DNA from: an uncultured Nitrososphaerota archaeon
Lineage (GTDB): Archaea; Thermoproteota; Nitrososphaeria; Nitrososphaerales; CADDZS01
NCBI GenBank assembly: GCA_963799845.1
Contig: CAWCYI010000006.1
Span: 736,001 to 800,000, forward strand
Direction: 5' to 3'
DNA: 64,000 bases
The translations under genes were made by a program, and so were the position numbers. Positions 49,976 through 59,741 of this stretch are shown piece after piece; within the stretch, counting starts at the first letter, position 1; each line of letters opens with the position of its first letter. Below the pieces are notes generated by a model. That model saw only the letters and a program-made list of their open reading frames with translations, did not search any database and was not told where the DNA came from.

Positions 49976-51410
49976 TTGACTTACAAGCAGTTCATCAACG
50001 GCGAGTTTGTGGATTCTTCGAGCGGCGAAAGCTACGAAGTAACGAATCCCGCCAACGGAAAAATCGTAGATCGGGTCGCGAGGGGGACCGTCGAAGATGC
50101 AAAGGCGGCTATAGATTACGCCCACGATGCACTGAAACGCGAAAAAGCTTCGAAATCAAACATCTCCAAAATATTGCAAACCGTCTCGGGATTGATCAGA
50201 GAACACGAGACCGAGCTTGCGACTATAATGACTCTGGAGCAAGGCAAAACGCTTGCAGAGTCTCGCGGGGAGATAAGATTCTTCGCGCATACGATGGAGT
50301 ACTACGCTGGTTTGAAGGCGCGTGGTTCGCAGGTGCAGATTTCCGATCCGACGAAGCTCGCCGTGGTTGAAAAAGAGCCGGTCGGCGTCGTCGGCGCAAT
50401 TGTGCCCTGGAACAATCCGATACTTTTGATGGGCGCGAAAGTCGCAGCTTCCCTCAGCTGCCGGCAGCGCGATTGTCGTGAAACCTGCTAGTACAACGCC
50501 CCTATCCACGCTGAAATCGATGGAATTATTCGAGGAAGCCGGTGTCCCCAAAGGGTTGCTGAACGTAGTGACCGGCTCCGGCGAAACCGTCGGGGAAGAA
50601 TTGGTCAAAAATCCAAAGACAAGGAAAATTTCCTTCACGGGAGAAACTGCGACTGGCAAGAGGATCATGGAGCTAGCGGCCTCGCAGTTGAAGAGAGTGA
50701 CTCTCGAGCTCGGCGGCAGTAACCCGCTGATCGTTTGCGATGATGCAGATTTGGATGCGGCCGTAAATGCGACTCTCAACGGCCGTTTTAGAAATGCTGG
50801 GCAGGGCTGCATGTGCGTCAAGAGGACTTTTGTTTTCGAGACTGTCGCGCCTAAATTTCTCGCGAAATTGAAAGAGAGAGCGCTAGCGATCAAAGTTGGC
50901 GATGGAATGAAGAGCGACACAACGATGGGACCCGTTCACAGCAGGTCGCAGAGAAACAAGGTTGAAGCTCAGGTTAACGCGACGGTGAGTGGAGGAGCGA
51001 CGCTTGTGCTTGGAGGAAAAGAGCCGGACGACCCCGATCTCGGCTCTGGCTATTTTTACATGCCGACCCTGGTCACGAACGTTGACGAAAATTCAAAGCT
51101 GCTCGCAGAAGAGTGTTTCGGACCGGCGCTCCCCGTCGTTGCAGTCAAAGGACTGGACGATGCGATCGAAAAAGCGAACGCATCTATCTACGGGCTCGGT
51201 GCCTCCATCTGGACAAAAGATCTCGGAACGGCGAAGAAAGCGGCTTCAGATCTCGAGGCGGGCACCGTCCTGGTGAACTCCCTCTATGGAGCAGGTGGGT
51301 GGGAGATCGAAGTTCCGATGGGCGGGTACAAGCAGAGCGGAATTGGACGGGAGTACGGGATTGAAGGTTTGGAGTCGTACACCGAAACGAAAACGATAAT
51401 TTTCGGTTAG
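49976..51410 (+). CDS. NAD(P)-dependent aldehyde dehydrogenase, frameshift at ~50456
   Basis: PWN.P, KPA, FTGET, LELGG, NAGQGC catalytic Cys, EECFGP, GGYKQSGIGRE. Confidence 0.92.
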
Positions 51411-51435
51411 ATCGGCCAAGATAATGGAATGATCG

Positions 51436-51825
51436 TTGATGGTTTCGAAAAAAGAAACCCAAAAGATCAAGATAATTCCTCACCAGGAAGGCGACAAAGT
51501 GGATCTTGGCAAAGGAAGCTTTTCCAACCTGATTCTTACCGGGTCGAAACTTGAAAAGTCAAACAGGAACATGCTCGGGTATTCCGTGTTCAAACCTGGG
51601 ATAGATACGAAACAGAAGATCCATGTTGAGGCAGAAGAGCTCGCGTATGTGGTCTCTGGCTCCGGAAAAATTACCGTTGGAAACGAATTGATTTCCTTCT
51701 CCGCGGGCGATTCGATTTTCATTCCACCGGGTGTCCCCCACGGAGTGAGAAACGACGGATCAGTGGACGTCGCGATGGTTTTCTTCTTCTCCTCTCCAGA
51801 GTACCCGAAGACGGTCGACGCCTAA
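51436..51825 (+). CDS. Cupin domain protein
   Basis: IH..AEE..YV..GSG and GDSIFIPPGVPH. Confidence 0.88.
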   Translation: MMVSKKETQKIKIIPHQEGDKVDLGKGSFSNLILTGSKLEKSNRNMLGYSVFKPGIDTKQKIHVEAEELAYVVSGSGKITVGNELISFSAGDSIFIPPGVPHGVRNDGSVDVAMVFFFSSPEYPKTVDA

Positions 51826-51827
51826 AC

Positions 51828-51862
51828 GTCGCGGAACGCGGCGACCGCGACCCTGTCTTTTC
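51828..51862. terminator. Hairpin between convergent genes
   Basis: GTCGCGG/CCGCGAC stem followed by a T-rich tract. Confidence 0.35.
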
Positions 51863-51868
51863 AATCTT

Positions 51869-53908
51869 CTACGACACAAAAGTCAGCGTGTTGAATATCG
51901 GAGCTGTGCTCTGACCGTCCCACACGGGATCAACGAGGAATCCTCTAACCACTGATTTTTGCCAAACGAGCGATCCCGCGGCGTACCACAGTGTGACCAG
52001 TCCGAGCCAGGCGTAGGGCGCGTCATTGTAGATCTGCTGCTGTGCAGTTTTGCACGTTGCCTGGATGTAAGAGGTGTTTGTGGTAGAAGTGAACGCATTG
52101 GCGCAGGCAACCGCAGACGCGCTTGAATATACGGCCCAGTTACCGTAAAGAGACTCGTTGCTTACGAATGTGAACCAGTAATCGGCTGGAGTCAAAGTTC
52201 CAGGGCCCCACTCTTCTGCGCCCAGAAGCGATAGAGAACCGATCTGGTTTGCACTAGAAACTTCGGAAGTGTAGGAACTATACGGTGCGTAGTAATTGGA
52301 AGTTTGTTGCACTATGATGTTGACTGAAATTCCGATCTGCGAGAGATCGCCCTGGACGATCTCGGCGGTGTTTATGCAAAACTCGCATCCAGAAATTACG
52401 GTGAAGTTTAGAACAGGGAAGTTCTGAATATTTGCAGCTTTCAGGTCGGCTTGGGCAAGAGTAACATTGTATTCGTACGGGGTGAAGTTGCCCAGGTCGT
52501 AGAACTGCTTCCAAGCCGGGTATTCGGGTCCGACAAACTGGGACAACTGTCCAAAGAATACTTTCTGGGTAATGTCTGAGTAGTTGATCGCATGAACGAT
52601 TGCCTGTCTCACTAGGGTAATGTTGGTGGGAAATGCAGCGCTGTTGATTGCAACTGCCGCGACCTCTCCGTTCCACGGAGGCAATGAAAAGTAAGCGAGC
52701 TTCGTTGGATTCTGCTGGACGAGATTCCAGTCGGCGGATTCGATCATCGAAACCTGTGAGGCCCCAGTCGAAAGATCGGTATACCTCGCCAGATCGTCCG
52801 GCTTGTAATTTATTACTACATTCTTTGCGTGCCCCGGATCAAAAATTGGCTGTTGAGCGATATCTGCGGAAGAGAGGTTCTTGCCCCAGTAGTTTGGATT
52901 CTGCGCGAACTGGACGTAGCTGTTTTCCGAGACCTGGGTGACAGTGTATGGCCCGCTGCCTGGTATCGGTTTCTGGTTGAAATTTGAGTTGAACTGGGTA
53001 GGCGTTCCAAAGCCTCCGTTGTCCAAGACGTACTGGGCGTCAAACATGAGGCCTTCGTACGCAACTAGCGTTCCGGGGAAATAAGAGAACGGAGCCTGAA
53101 GCTGGAACACGATCGTATAAGGTCCCGTGACATAAATCGGCCACGACGAGTTCTCCATTAGAGCAAGCGTACTTTGAGACGGATTTACAACTCCGCTTTG
53201 ATTAATCTGGGCGATTGTCCCTGGGCCGAAGTTTACATTGGTCATGTTGAACAGCGCGTAAGACTCCAGCCAGGTAGAACTATTGCCAGAGAGGTAGTAA
53301 AATCCGTACATTTCAAGCCAGACTTGGTATGCGTTGAACGCATTTCCGCTTGAGAACTTCACATCCTGTCGCAGATTCATCGTGTACTTCGAACCATCGG
53401 AAGAAACCGTCCAGTTGCTGACAAGCGCCGGGACATATTGAATTACTCCGGTGCCAAATTGCGCTGTCTGGTTAACTCCAATCAGGGGTTGGTAAACGGT
53501 GTCTATCACCCAGTTGGGCCAGGGTAGTGAGAACACCGCGTAAAGCTGGTTCAGGTCGTCCTCGGGCCAGTTTGCATCGTCTATTACTAGAGTATTGTGA
53601 AACGGGGAAGTGGAAGTAGCGGACGCCGATGAGCTCGTCGAAGATAGTGTTGATGTACTGGAAACAGTAGAAGAAACCGAGCTTAACGAGCTCGTCGTCG
53701 AAGGTGTCGCGGAGCTTGACAGCGATGTGCTGAGACTGGACAAAGAAGATGAGGAAATTGAGGATAGAGGGCTGGTGGTTTGACTGGAGCTGGTGGTACT
53801 CGTAACCGAAGCAAAGTACAGTCCCACTCCCGCTATGATCAAGATTACGACGATTATGACAACGACTACCGCCCTCGATACCGCTTCAATATCACTTCTA
53901 CCAGTCAT
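51869..53908 (-). CDS. ABC transporter substrate-binding protein, family 5 (OppA/DppA-like)
   Basis: N-terminal hydrophobic helix, S/T-rich linker, VYQPL, WTVSSDG..YT..LR..VKF, GSGPY, NPNYWG, VRQAI.HAIN. Confidence 0.9.
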   Translation of the reverse strand: MTGRSDIEAVSRAVVVVIIVVILIIAGVGLYFASVTSTTSSSQTTSPLSSISSSSLSSLSTSLSSSATPSTTSSLSSVSSTVSSTSTLSSTSSSASATSTSPFHNTLVIDDANWPEDDLNQLYAVFSLPWPNWVIDTVYQPLIGVNQTAQFGTGVIQYVPALVSNWTVSSDGSKYTMNLRQDVKFSSGNAFNAYQVWLEMYGFYYLSGNSSTWLESYALFNMTNVNFGPGTIAQINQSGVVNPSQSTLALMENSSWPIYVTGPYTIVFQLQAPFSYFPGTLVAYEGLMFDAQYVLDNGGFGTPTQFNSNFNQKPIPGSGPYTVTQVSENSYVQFAQNPNYWGKNLSSADIAQQPIFDPGHAKNVVINYKPDDLARYTDLSTGASQVSMIESADWNLVQQNPTKLAYFSLPPWNGEVAAVAINSAAFPTNITLVRQAIVHAINYSDITQKVFFGQLSQFVGPEYPAWKQFYDLGNFTPYEYNVTLAQADLKAANIQNFPVLNFTVISGCEFCINTAEIVQGDLSQIGISVNIIVQQTSNYYAPYSSYTSEVSSANQIGSLSLLGAEEWGPGTLTPADYWFTFVSNESLYGNWAVYSSASAVACANAFTSTTNTSYIQATCKTAQQQIYNDAPYAWLGLVTLWYAAGSLVWQKSVVRGFLVDPVWDGQSTAPIFNTLTFVS

Positions 53909-53962
53909 TGAAAGCCTATGGCCAGGAAAAACGGGATAAAAGCATACTGCAAGAAGCTCATT

Positions 53963-55111
53963 TCAGCGAGCTACGTTTTTGCTTTTTAGCGAATCCCCCA
54001 GTGCGTCCATCGTCGCGGCCATGAAGCTTCTCTGGGCCTGGTATCCCATGTGCCCTATTCTAAGAACTCGACCCTTCAACTCTTTGTAGCCGCCTCCGAT
54101 CAAGATCCCGCTCGTTTTAGCAACTTCCCGAATCAGCGCCGCGTCGTCTATTGATTCCGGCAGAGTTATCGCCGTCACTGTAGGGGAGCAATATTCGTCT
54201 CTTAGCGGCCATACTTTCAGCCCCATCTCTCTGACCCTTTGTCTGCAGAATCTCGCAACTTCAATGTGTCTAGAGAGGACGTTATCCAGGCCCTCTTCGA
54301 GAATCTCGTCCAGCGCTGCAGATACGGCATTTACTTCCGACGTGAAAGGAGTAAAGGGAAACCTCTTCTGCGCAATCCAAGTGTCCTTCCAATCCAGCAA
54401 CGAGACGTAGGATGTGCGAATCGGGGATTTCTTCTTCTCGATTTTCTCCCAGGCAAATTTGCTGATAGTCATTGGAGTTAGTGCACTCGGTGCTGAGATG
54501 CATTTCTGGGAGGCGCTTACTGCCATATCGATTCCCCATTCCTCAGGCAAAAATTCAGCGCCCGCAAGCGAGGCGACGCAATCGACAATCGTAAGCATGC
54601 CGAGACTTTTTGCCATTTTGCAAAGCTCTTCTGGGGGATTGAGCAATCCAGCCGGGGTCTCGCAGTGAACCATAGTCATCGCTACCGCATCTTTGTTTTC
54701 TTCTAGGAAAGCCTTGGCAAGATCAGTATCGAAGCACTTGTTTGGTTCCTCATGAAAATACACTGGAACTCCGCCGGCATTCTTTACAAATTCGCCAAAC
54801 CACTTTCCGAAGGGGCCGTTTTCAAAAACAAGAACTTTTTCCGCGGGGTTTATCGAACAGACGATGGCAGCTTCGAGTCCGAGAACTCCTTCTCCCTGAA
54901 GAATCAAGACATCGGTGCCGCTGGAGACCTTGAATACTCGCGTCATTTTTTTGACAGTTTCATCAAAGAATTCGATAAAGCCGGGATAGTAGTGGTAAAT
55001 TACCGGCTGAGCCAGCGCGGATAGCACTCTCGGCGATACCTCGACCGGCCCTGGAGTCATCAGCAATTTTATTCCGTCTCTAGCCTTGTTCCAATTTTCC
55101 AAGTCTCTCAC
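53963..55111 (-). CDS. Class V aminotransferase, pyridoxamine-pyruvate transaminase-like
   Basis: TPGP, LQGEGVLGLEAA, SQKC PLP lysine, LDW..W...FPFTP..SE, RIGHMG. Confidence 0.85.
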   Translation of the reverse strand: MRDLENWNKARDGIKLLMTPGPVEVSPRVLSALAQPVIYHYYPGFIEFFDETVKKMTRVFKVSSGTDVLILQGEGVLGLEAAIVCSINPAEKVLVFENGPFGKWFGEFVKNAGGVPVYFHEEPNKCFDTDLAKAFLEENKDAVAMTMVHCETPAGLLNPPEELCKMAKSLGMLTIVDCVASLAGAEFLPEEWGIDMAVSASQKCISAPSALTPMTISKFAWEKIEKKKSPIRTSYVSLLDWKDTWIAQKRFPFTPFTSEVNAVSAALDEILEEGLDNVLSRHIEVARFCRQRVREMGLKVWPLRDEYCSPTVTAITLPESIDDAALIREVAKTSGILIGGGYKELKGRVLRIGHMGYQAQRSFMAATMDALGDSLKSKNVAR

Positions 55112-55117
55112 TTCACA

Positions 55118-57501
55118 TTACGATTTCGTCTTTCTTATCTTCCTCAAGACAAATTCGGGTTTCAGTGGTGTCTCCGTAATGAAATCGCCACTCATGTGCA
55201 TTACTGCATCATCGATCGCGTTGGCAACGGCGGCGGGAGCAACTACTGTTCCGCCCTCGCCCAAGCCCTTTGTATGAGAAGGATTTTGCTCGGACAAGGT
55301 TTCAATGTGATTTACTTCGATGTTCGGAGATTCGACGGCTGATGGCAAAAGATAGTCGAGGAAACTGCCTCCGTTTAACTGGCCGTCCTCGGTGTAAGAA
55401 ATCTCCTCGAAAATCGCTCCTCCCAGTCCTTCAACGATCCCTCCATGAACCTGACCGTCAACGACCATAGGGTTGATCATCTTTCCGCAATCTTCGACGA
55501 CTAGGAACCGGATAATCTTGAATTTGCCTGTTTCTTTATCGAGCTCGACCTCGCAGAACGTCATAGCATTGCTCCATGTTGCTGGAATCTCAGGTTCAAA
55601 GAAAGTCGTAGCTTCAAGCCCCGGCTGCACTCCCTTTGGAAGCTTGTCGGGTCTTCTGAGAGCTATCTGGGCAATCTCGGCAAGAGACACGCTTTTCCCC
55701 CGTCTACCTTCTGCGCCCTGTCTCACATCTCTCGGCGCGCCCTTGACAGAAAATGCGCCGTCCTCAAACATCTCGATATCCTCCGGCCTCGCTTCGATCA
55801 TCCCCGCGGCAATTTTCATGGCTTTCTCTCTGACTTTGGACGCGGATAATATAGCCGCGCTCGTTCCCAGAGGGGCGCCCCTGCTTCCCCACGTGCCCAT
55901 TCCGTACGGAACGGTATCGGTGTCGCCCCAGATTACCTGAATTTTTTCTATCGGCACGCCGAGCTCATCCGATACAGCTTGGGCGAGAGTGGTCTCGGAG
56001 CTCTGTCCGTGAGGGGCAAGACCGGTTAACACCTTGATCGAGCCATTTGGTTCGACTCTGACGGTCGCGACTTCGTATCCCAGCCCAACAGATCCGGCGG
56101 GGCCGAGAATTGCAGAGCCTATGCCGCCAATTTCAAGTAGAGTCGCGATTCCAATTCCCCTGTAGATTCCCTTCTTGCGCAGTTCCTCGTGCTCTTTGCG
56201 GAGGTTTCGATAATTCACAGCAAGGGCTCCGCTTGTAAGCGATTCAATCAGGCTGCACTTATCGTATACCAGACCGGTGGATGAGGTAAATGGGAACTCG
56301 TCGTCTCTGACGAGATTTTTCATCCTTACTTCGTAGGGATCTAGCCCTAGCTTGTGAGCAAGGATGTCAAGTATACGCTCCATCACGAAGTTCGCCGATA
56401 ACATTCCAGGGCCGCGAATGGAACCAATCGGAGTCTTATTTGTCAGGACGGCAATGTGATCGAAAAAATAGTTTTTGAAACGGTACGGCCCTGGCAAGAA
56501 TAATCCGGTGGTGACCATGGTAAACGTCAGTCCTCCCCAGGGAGACGCGCCATAAGCTCCCATATCCGCAATCATCTTGTCTCGCAAGCCAAGGATGGTT
56601 CCATCCTTTTTCGCGGCTACCTCGATGTAGTGAATCTGCTCGTGCGCATGAATCGCGAATGAGATATCCTCTGTTCGTTTTTCTATCCACTTTATCGCAC
56701 GTCCGGGAAGTAGAGTAGCCGCTAGGCACACGGAAACATCCTCTGTAAATATGTGACCCTTGAGACCAAAGGAGCCTCCAACATCTGGCATCCGGAAGTG
56801 CACCTTGTCCTCGGGCATCTTCAAAATAGCGGCAAAAAGTGTCCGCGCTACATGAGGAAACTGGACTTGGCTCCAGACATCGATCCTCCCGCTCAACCTA
56901 TCGTATTGTGCGATGATACCGCGGTTTTCGATCGGTGCCCCAGTATGGCGGTGGGTCTTGATTTTTTCTTTAACTATAATGTCTGCTTCGGAAAACGCCC
57001 GTTCAGTATCCCCTCCCTTGATCTCTGCTCGCTTTAGCAGGTTGTTATTCCAGTCGTCGTAAATTAGAGGAGTATCGGCATCCAGCGCTTTTTCCGGATC
57101 TACATTGCTTTCGAGCGGCTCGTACTCGACGCGAACCAATGAAACGAGATCTTCCGCAAGATATCCTTCAGTTGCAATAATCATGGCGACAGGTTCCCCG
57201 ACCCACCTTACCTTGCCATCCGCGAGCGGTCTGATTTTCGGGATGGGTGCATCGTGCTCCTTCGGAATGTAAAATGGTTCGACTTTATCATGAAAATCTT
57301 CGAAGGTGAAGCAAGCAACGAAACCCTCTTTGTCTCTCACTTCGGAAAAATCGATCTCGGTAATCTTTGCGTGAGCATAAGTGCTCCTGACGAACTCGAC
57401 AAACAAGACGTTGGGAGTGGAAATGTCGTCAAGGTATTTTCCTGAACCTGTGAGAAGACGGGATCTTCGACGCGCTTGACCGACTGTCCGACAAGTTTCA
57501 T
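55118..57501 (-). CDS. Xanthine dehydrogenase/CoxL-family molybdopterin large subunit, frameshift at 57460-57462
   Basis: True N-terminus MKLVGQSVKRVED(P)RLLTG from ATG 57501; VGGSFG.K, SIRGPG, HGQ..ET, TWGSRG, KGLGEGG. Confidence 0.92.
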
Positions 57502-57663
57502 TGACAATTTGATGTTTCCCTGATCTGTCCACTAATCTAAATTTTGTCGATGACGAATGAATAAGCCGTTATGATACAGGCCTAGTGAGCAGTTTCGAAC
57601 CGTAACTCGCATTGCAGTTATTAACCTTCGTCGGGTAAAACTTGGCTGTCTGAGGCGTTTCTC

Positions 57664-59238
57664 ATGAGCCAAAAAACCAGCGCAGTCATAGTTGGGGGAG
57701 GTCACAATGGACTCGTATGCGCTGCATATCTCGCGAAGGCGGGGCTATCGGTAGTCTTGCTCGAACAAAAATACATCGTTGGAGGTTGCGTGGTCACCGA
57801 AGAGATCACCCCTGGCTGGAGAGTGAATACCTACAGCTTCGAACACTATGTGATACAGAACACACCTATTATTTCCGATCTCTCGCTGGAGAGGTTCGGT
57901 CTCCGGTACTATTCGGTTGATCCGGCAGTTTTTTGCCCGTTCCCAGACCGTAGATACATGCTGCTATACCGCGAACTGAGCCGCACCCTCAAGCACATAG
58001 AGACGCTTTCAAAGAAAGACGCGCGAGCCTATGAAAAATTTCACATCAAATGGTCAAAGGTCTTGAGGGCAATCGGACTGGGCGCTCTTGCCGGTCCCTC
58101 TTCGTTCGAAGCTATCTTGACGAATTCTGGACTTTTCAATAGCAGCGCAGAAATTAATGAAATTGTCCAGGAATGCAGTCTTCCAGCTTCAAACATTCTA
58201 TCCGAAAATTTTGAAACCGAATACGTTCCTGCCCTTATTGCATTTTTGGGGCCCGCTGCGGTGGGGCAATCCCCGTCCGCTGCAAACACTGGCTGGTTGT
58301 GCGCGTGGCATCTCGGAGCTGAGCGACTCGCAAGGCCCGTGGGAGGATCCGGAGAACTTTCTCAATCTCTCGCAAACTCGGCAAAAGCAAACGGGGCTCA
58401 GATCCTGACCGGAGAAATGGTTTCCGAAATAATTGTCAAGAACGGGAAGGCGGTTGGCGTTAAGACGGTGAGCGGCAAGCAGTTTGATTCGGAGATCGTT
58501 GTTTCCAACGCAGATCCCAAACAGACATTGCTCAAGCTTGCAAAAGGCGCAGACTTTCTTGAGTTCGACGAGGTAAAGAAAATCGAATCAATCGTTGTTA
58601 GTACGGGCTTTACCTTCAAGGCCGACTACTTACTATCGGGGTTGCCGAATTATCTGTGCAGGCCTACGGAAAGGGGGTTGCCGAACGAATGCCACAAGGC
58701 TGCTACTTTCATTGCGCCGTCGGTTGAATTTCTCTCCGAAGCATTTGCAGAATATTCGAACGGGAAGAATCCGAAGGCCCCTGGCCTGATGGTCGCGCTG
58801 CACTCCACGACCGATAGCTCCCTTGCTCCTTCCGGAAAGCACAGCCTGGTTCTCGAAACTCGCTACACGCCGTACAAACTATACGGATTGAGCTGGACCG
58901 AATCCGACAAGGAAGCTGAAGCTGCGAGATTGCTCTCCATGTATTCGAAATACTGTCCTGAAGTTGACGACCTCGTTGAAAATTCAAGGGCAATGGCTCC
59001 ACAGGATATGGAAGCCGATGTGAAGATCCCACAGGGAAATTTCGTGCACGTCGACATGTCGTATAACCAGATGTTCGAGAATCGCCCCGCACCCGGATTG
59101 CTTAATGGCTATGAAGTCGATTCAATTTCAAACTTGTATCTCTGTGGTGCAGGGGCGTTTCCGGGCGGCGCTGTCAGCGGAATACCGGGACGCAATACGG
59201 CAAATCAGATTCTTAGGAAGCTCAGTTCTTCGTCCTGA
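57664..59238 (+). CDS. Phytoene dehydrogenase-family FAD oxidoreductase (PYROXD2-like)
   Basis: GGGHNGLVCAAYLA, GGC.VTEE, P.GG.G.L, LYLCGAG.FPGG.VSG.PGRN.A. Confidence 0.9.
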   Translation: MSQKTSAVIVGGGHNGLVCAAYLAKAGLSVVLLEQKYIVGGCVVTEEITPGWRVNTYSFEHYVIQNTPIISDLSLERFGLRYYSVDPAVFCPFPDRRYMLLYRELSRTLKHIETLSKKDARAYEKFHIKWSKVLRAIGLGALAGPSSFEAILTNSGLFNSSAEINEIVQECSLPASNILSENFETEYVPALIAFLGPAAVGQSPSAANTGWLCAWHLGAERLARPVGGSGELSQSLANSAKANGAQILTGEMVSEIIVKNGKAVGVKTVSGKQFDSEIVVSNADPKQTLLKLAKGADFLEFDEVKKIESIVVSTGFTFKADYLLSGLPNYLCRPTERGLPNECHKAATFIAPSVEFLSEAFAEYSNGKNPKAPGLMVALHSTTDSSLAPSGKHSLVLETRYTPYKLYGLSWTESDKEAEAARLLSMYSKYCPEVDDLVENSRAMAPQDMEADVKIPQGNFVHVDMSYNQMFENRPAPGLLNGYEVDSISNLYLCGAGAFPGGAVSGIPGRNTANQILRKLSSSS

Positions 59239-59408
59239 CAAATTATCTTGCGTTCGGTTTTGGATATAGGAAGACTCGTTCTTTTTTCTCCAGTATTGGA
59301 AACAAACAGTTTCCATTTACCGCATACTGGAAAGTTCAGGAACTGAATCCCTGAATAGCAGCTTTGAGTACCTACTTCCAACACAGATCAATTCACAGTG
59401 AAAGAGTT

Positions 59409-59741
59409 ATGGAAGCTAAAACACTACTACAGCAACAACCGAAAGATGGCGTATTCGTGAGAGCAATCAAAGCAAAAGAAGCGAATCGGAAAAATCTCGT
59501 ACTGGTCAAGAAAAAACCAGACATCCAAACTTACGTGGACATTCTGCGCGCCATACAGATGGGAGCCGGCTATCCAGGAATGATCGTCCTGAGTACGAAG
59601 ATTCAGTGGATCACCGTTATGCAGTGCCTTAGAACTCTGGAGCAGAAGGGACTGATATCGACTGGATTCGATGCCGAGACCGGAAAAGTAATTTCGCGAC
59701 TAACCGATACCGGAAGCCAACTTCTGGACAAGAACTCCTAA
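59409..59741 (+). CDS. Archaeal winged-HTH protein (ArnR1/HTH_45-like)
   Basis: YVDILRAI..G....I......W......L..LE.KGLI...LTDTG..LL. Confidence 0.7.
   Translation: MEAKTLLQQQPKDGVFVRAIKAKEANRKNLVLVKKKPDIQTYVDILRAIQMGAGYPGMIVLSTKIQWITVMQCLRTLEQKGLISTGFDAETGKVISRLTDTGSQLLDKNS

Noticed and set aside
53600-53815. Low-complexity repeat
   Set aside because: It is explained by the Ser/Thr linker of the solute-binding protein.
47538-57501. Aerobic CO dehydrogenase
   Set aside because: Neither large subunit has the form I AYxCSFR or form II AYRGAGR loop.
296-57501. Programmed ribosomal frameshifting
   Set aside because: The shifts go in both directions, affect unrelated enzymes and share no slippery site or stimulator.
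57664-59238. Carotenoid biosynthesis (crtI)
   Set aside because: No crtB, crtE or crtY is nearby, and the sequence fits the broader PYROXD2-like group.
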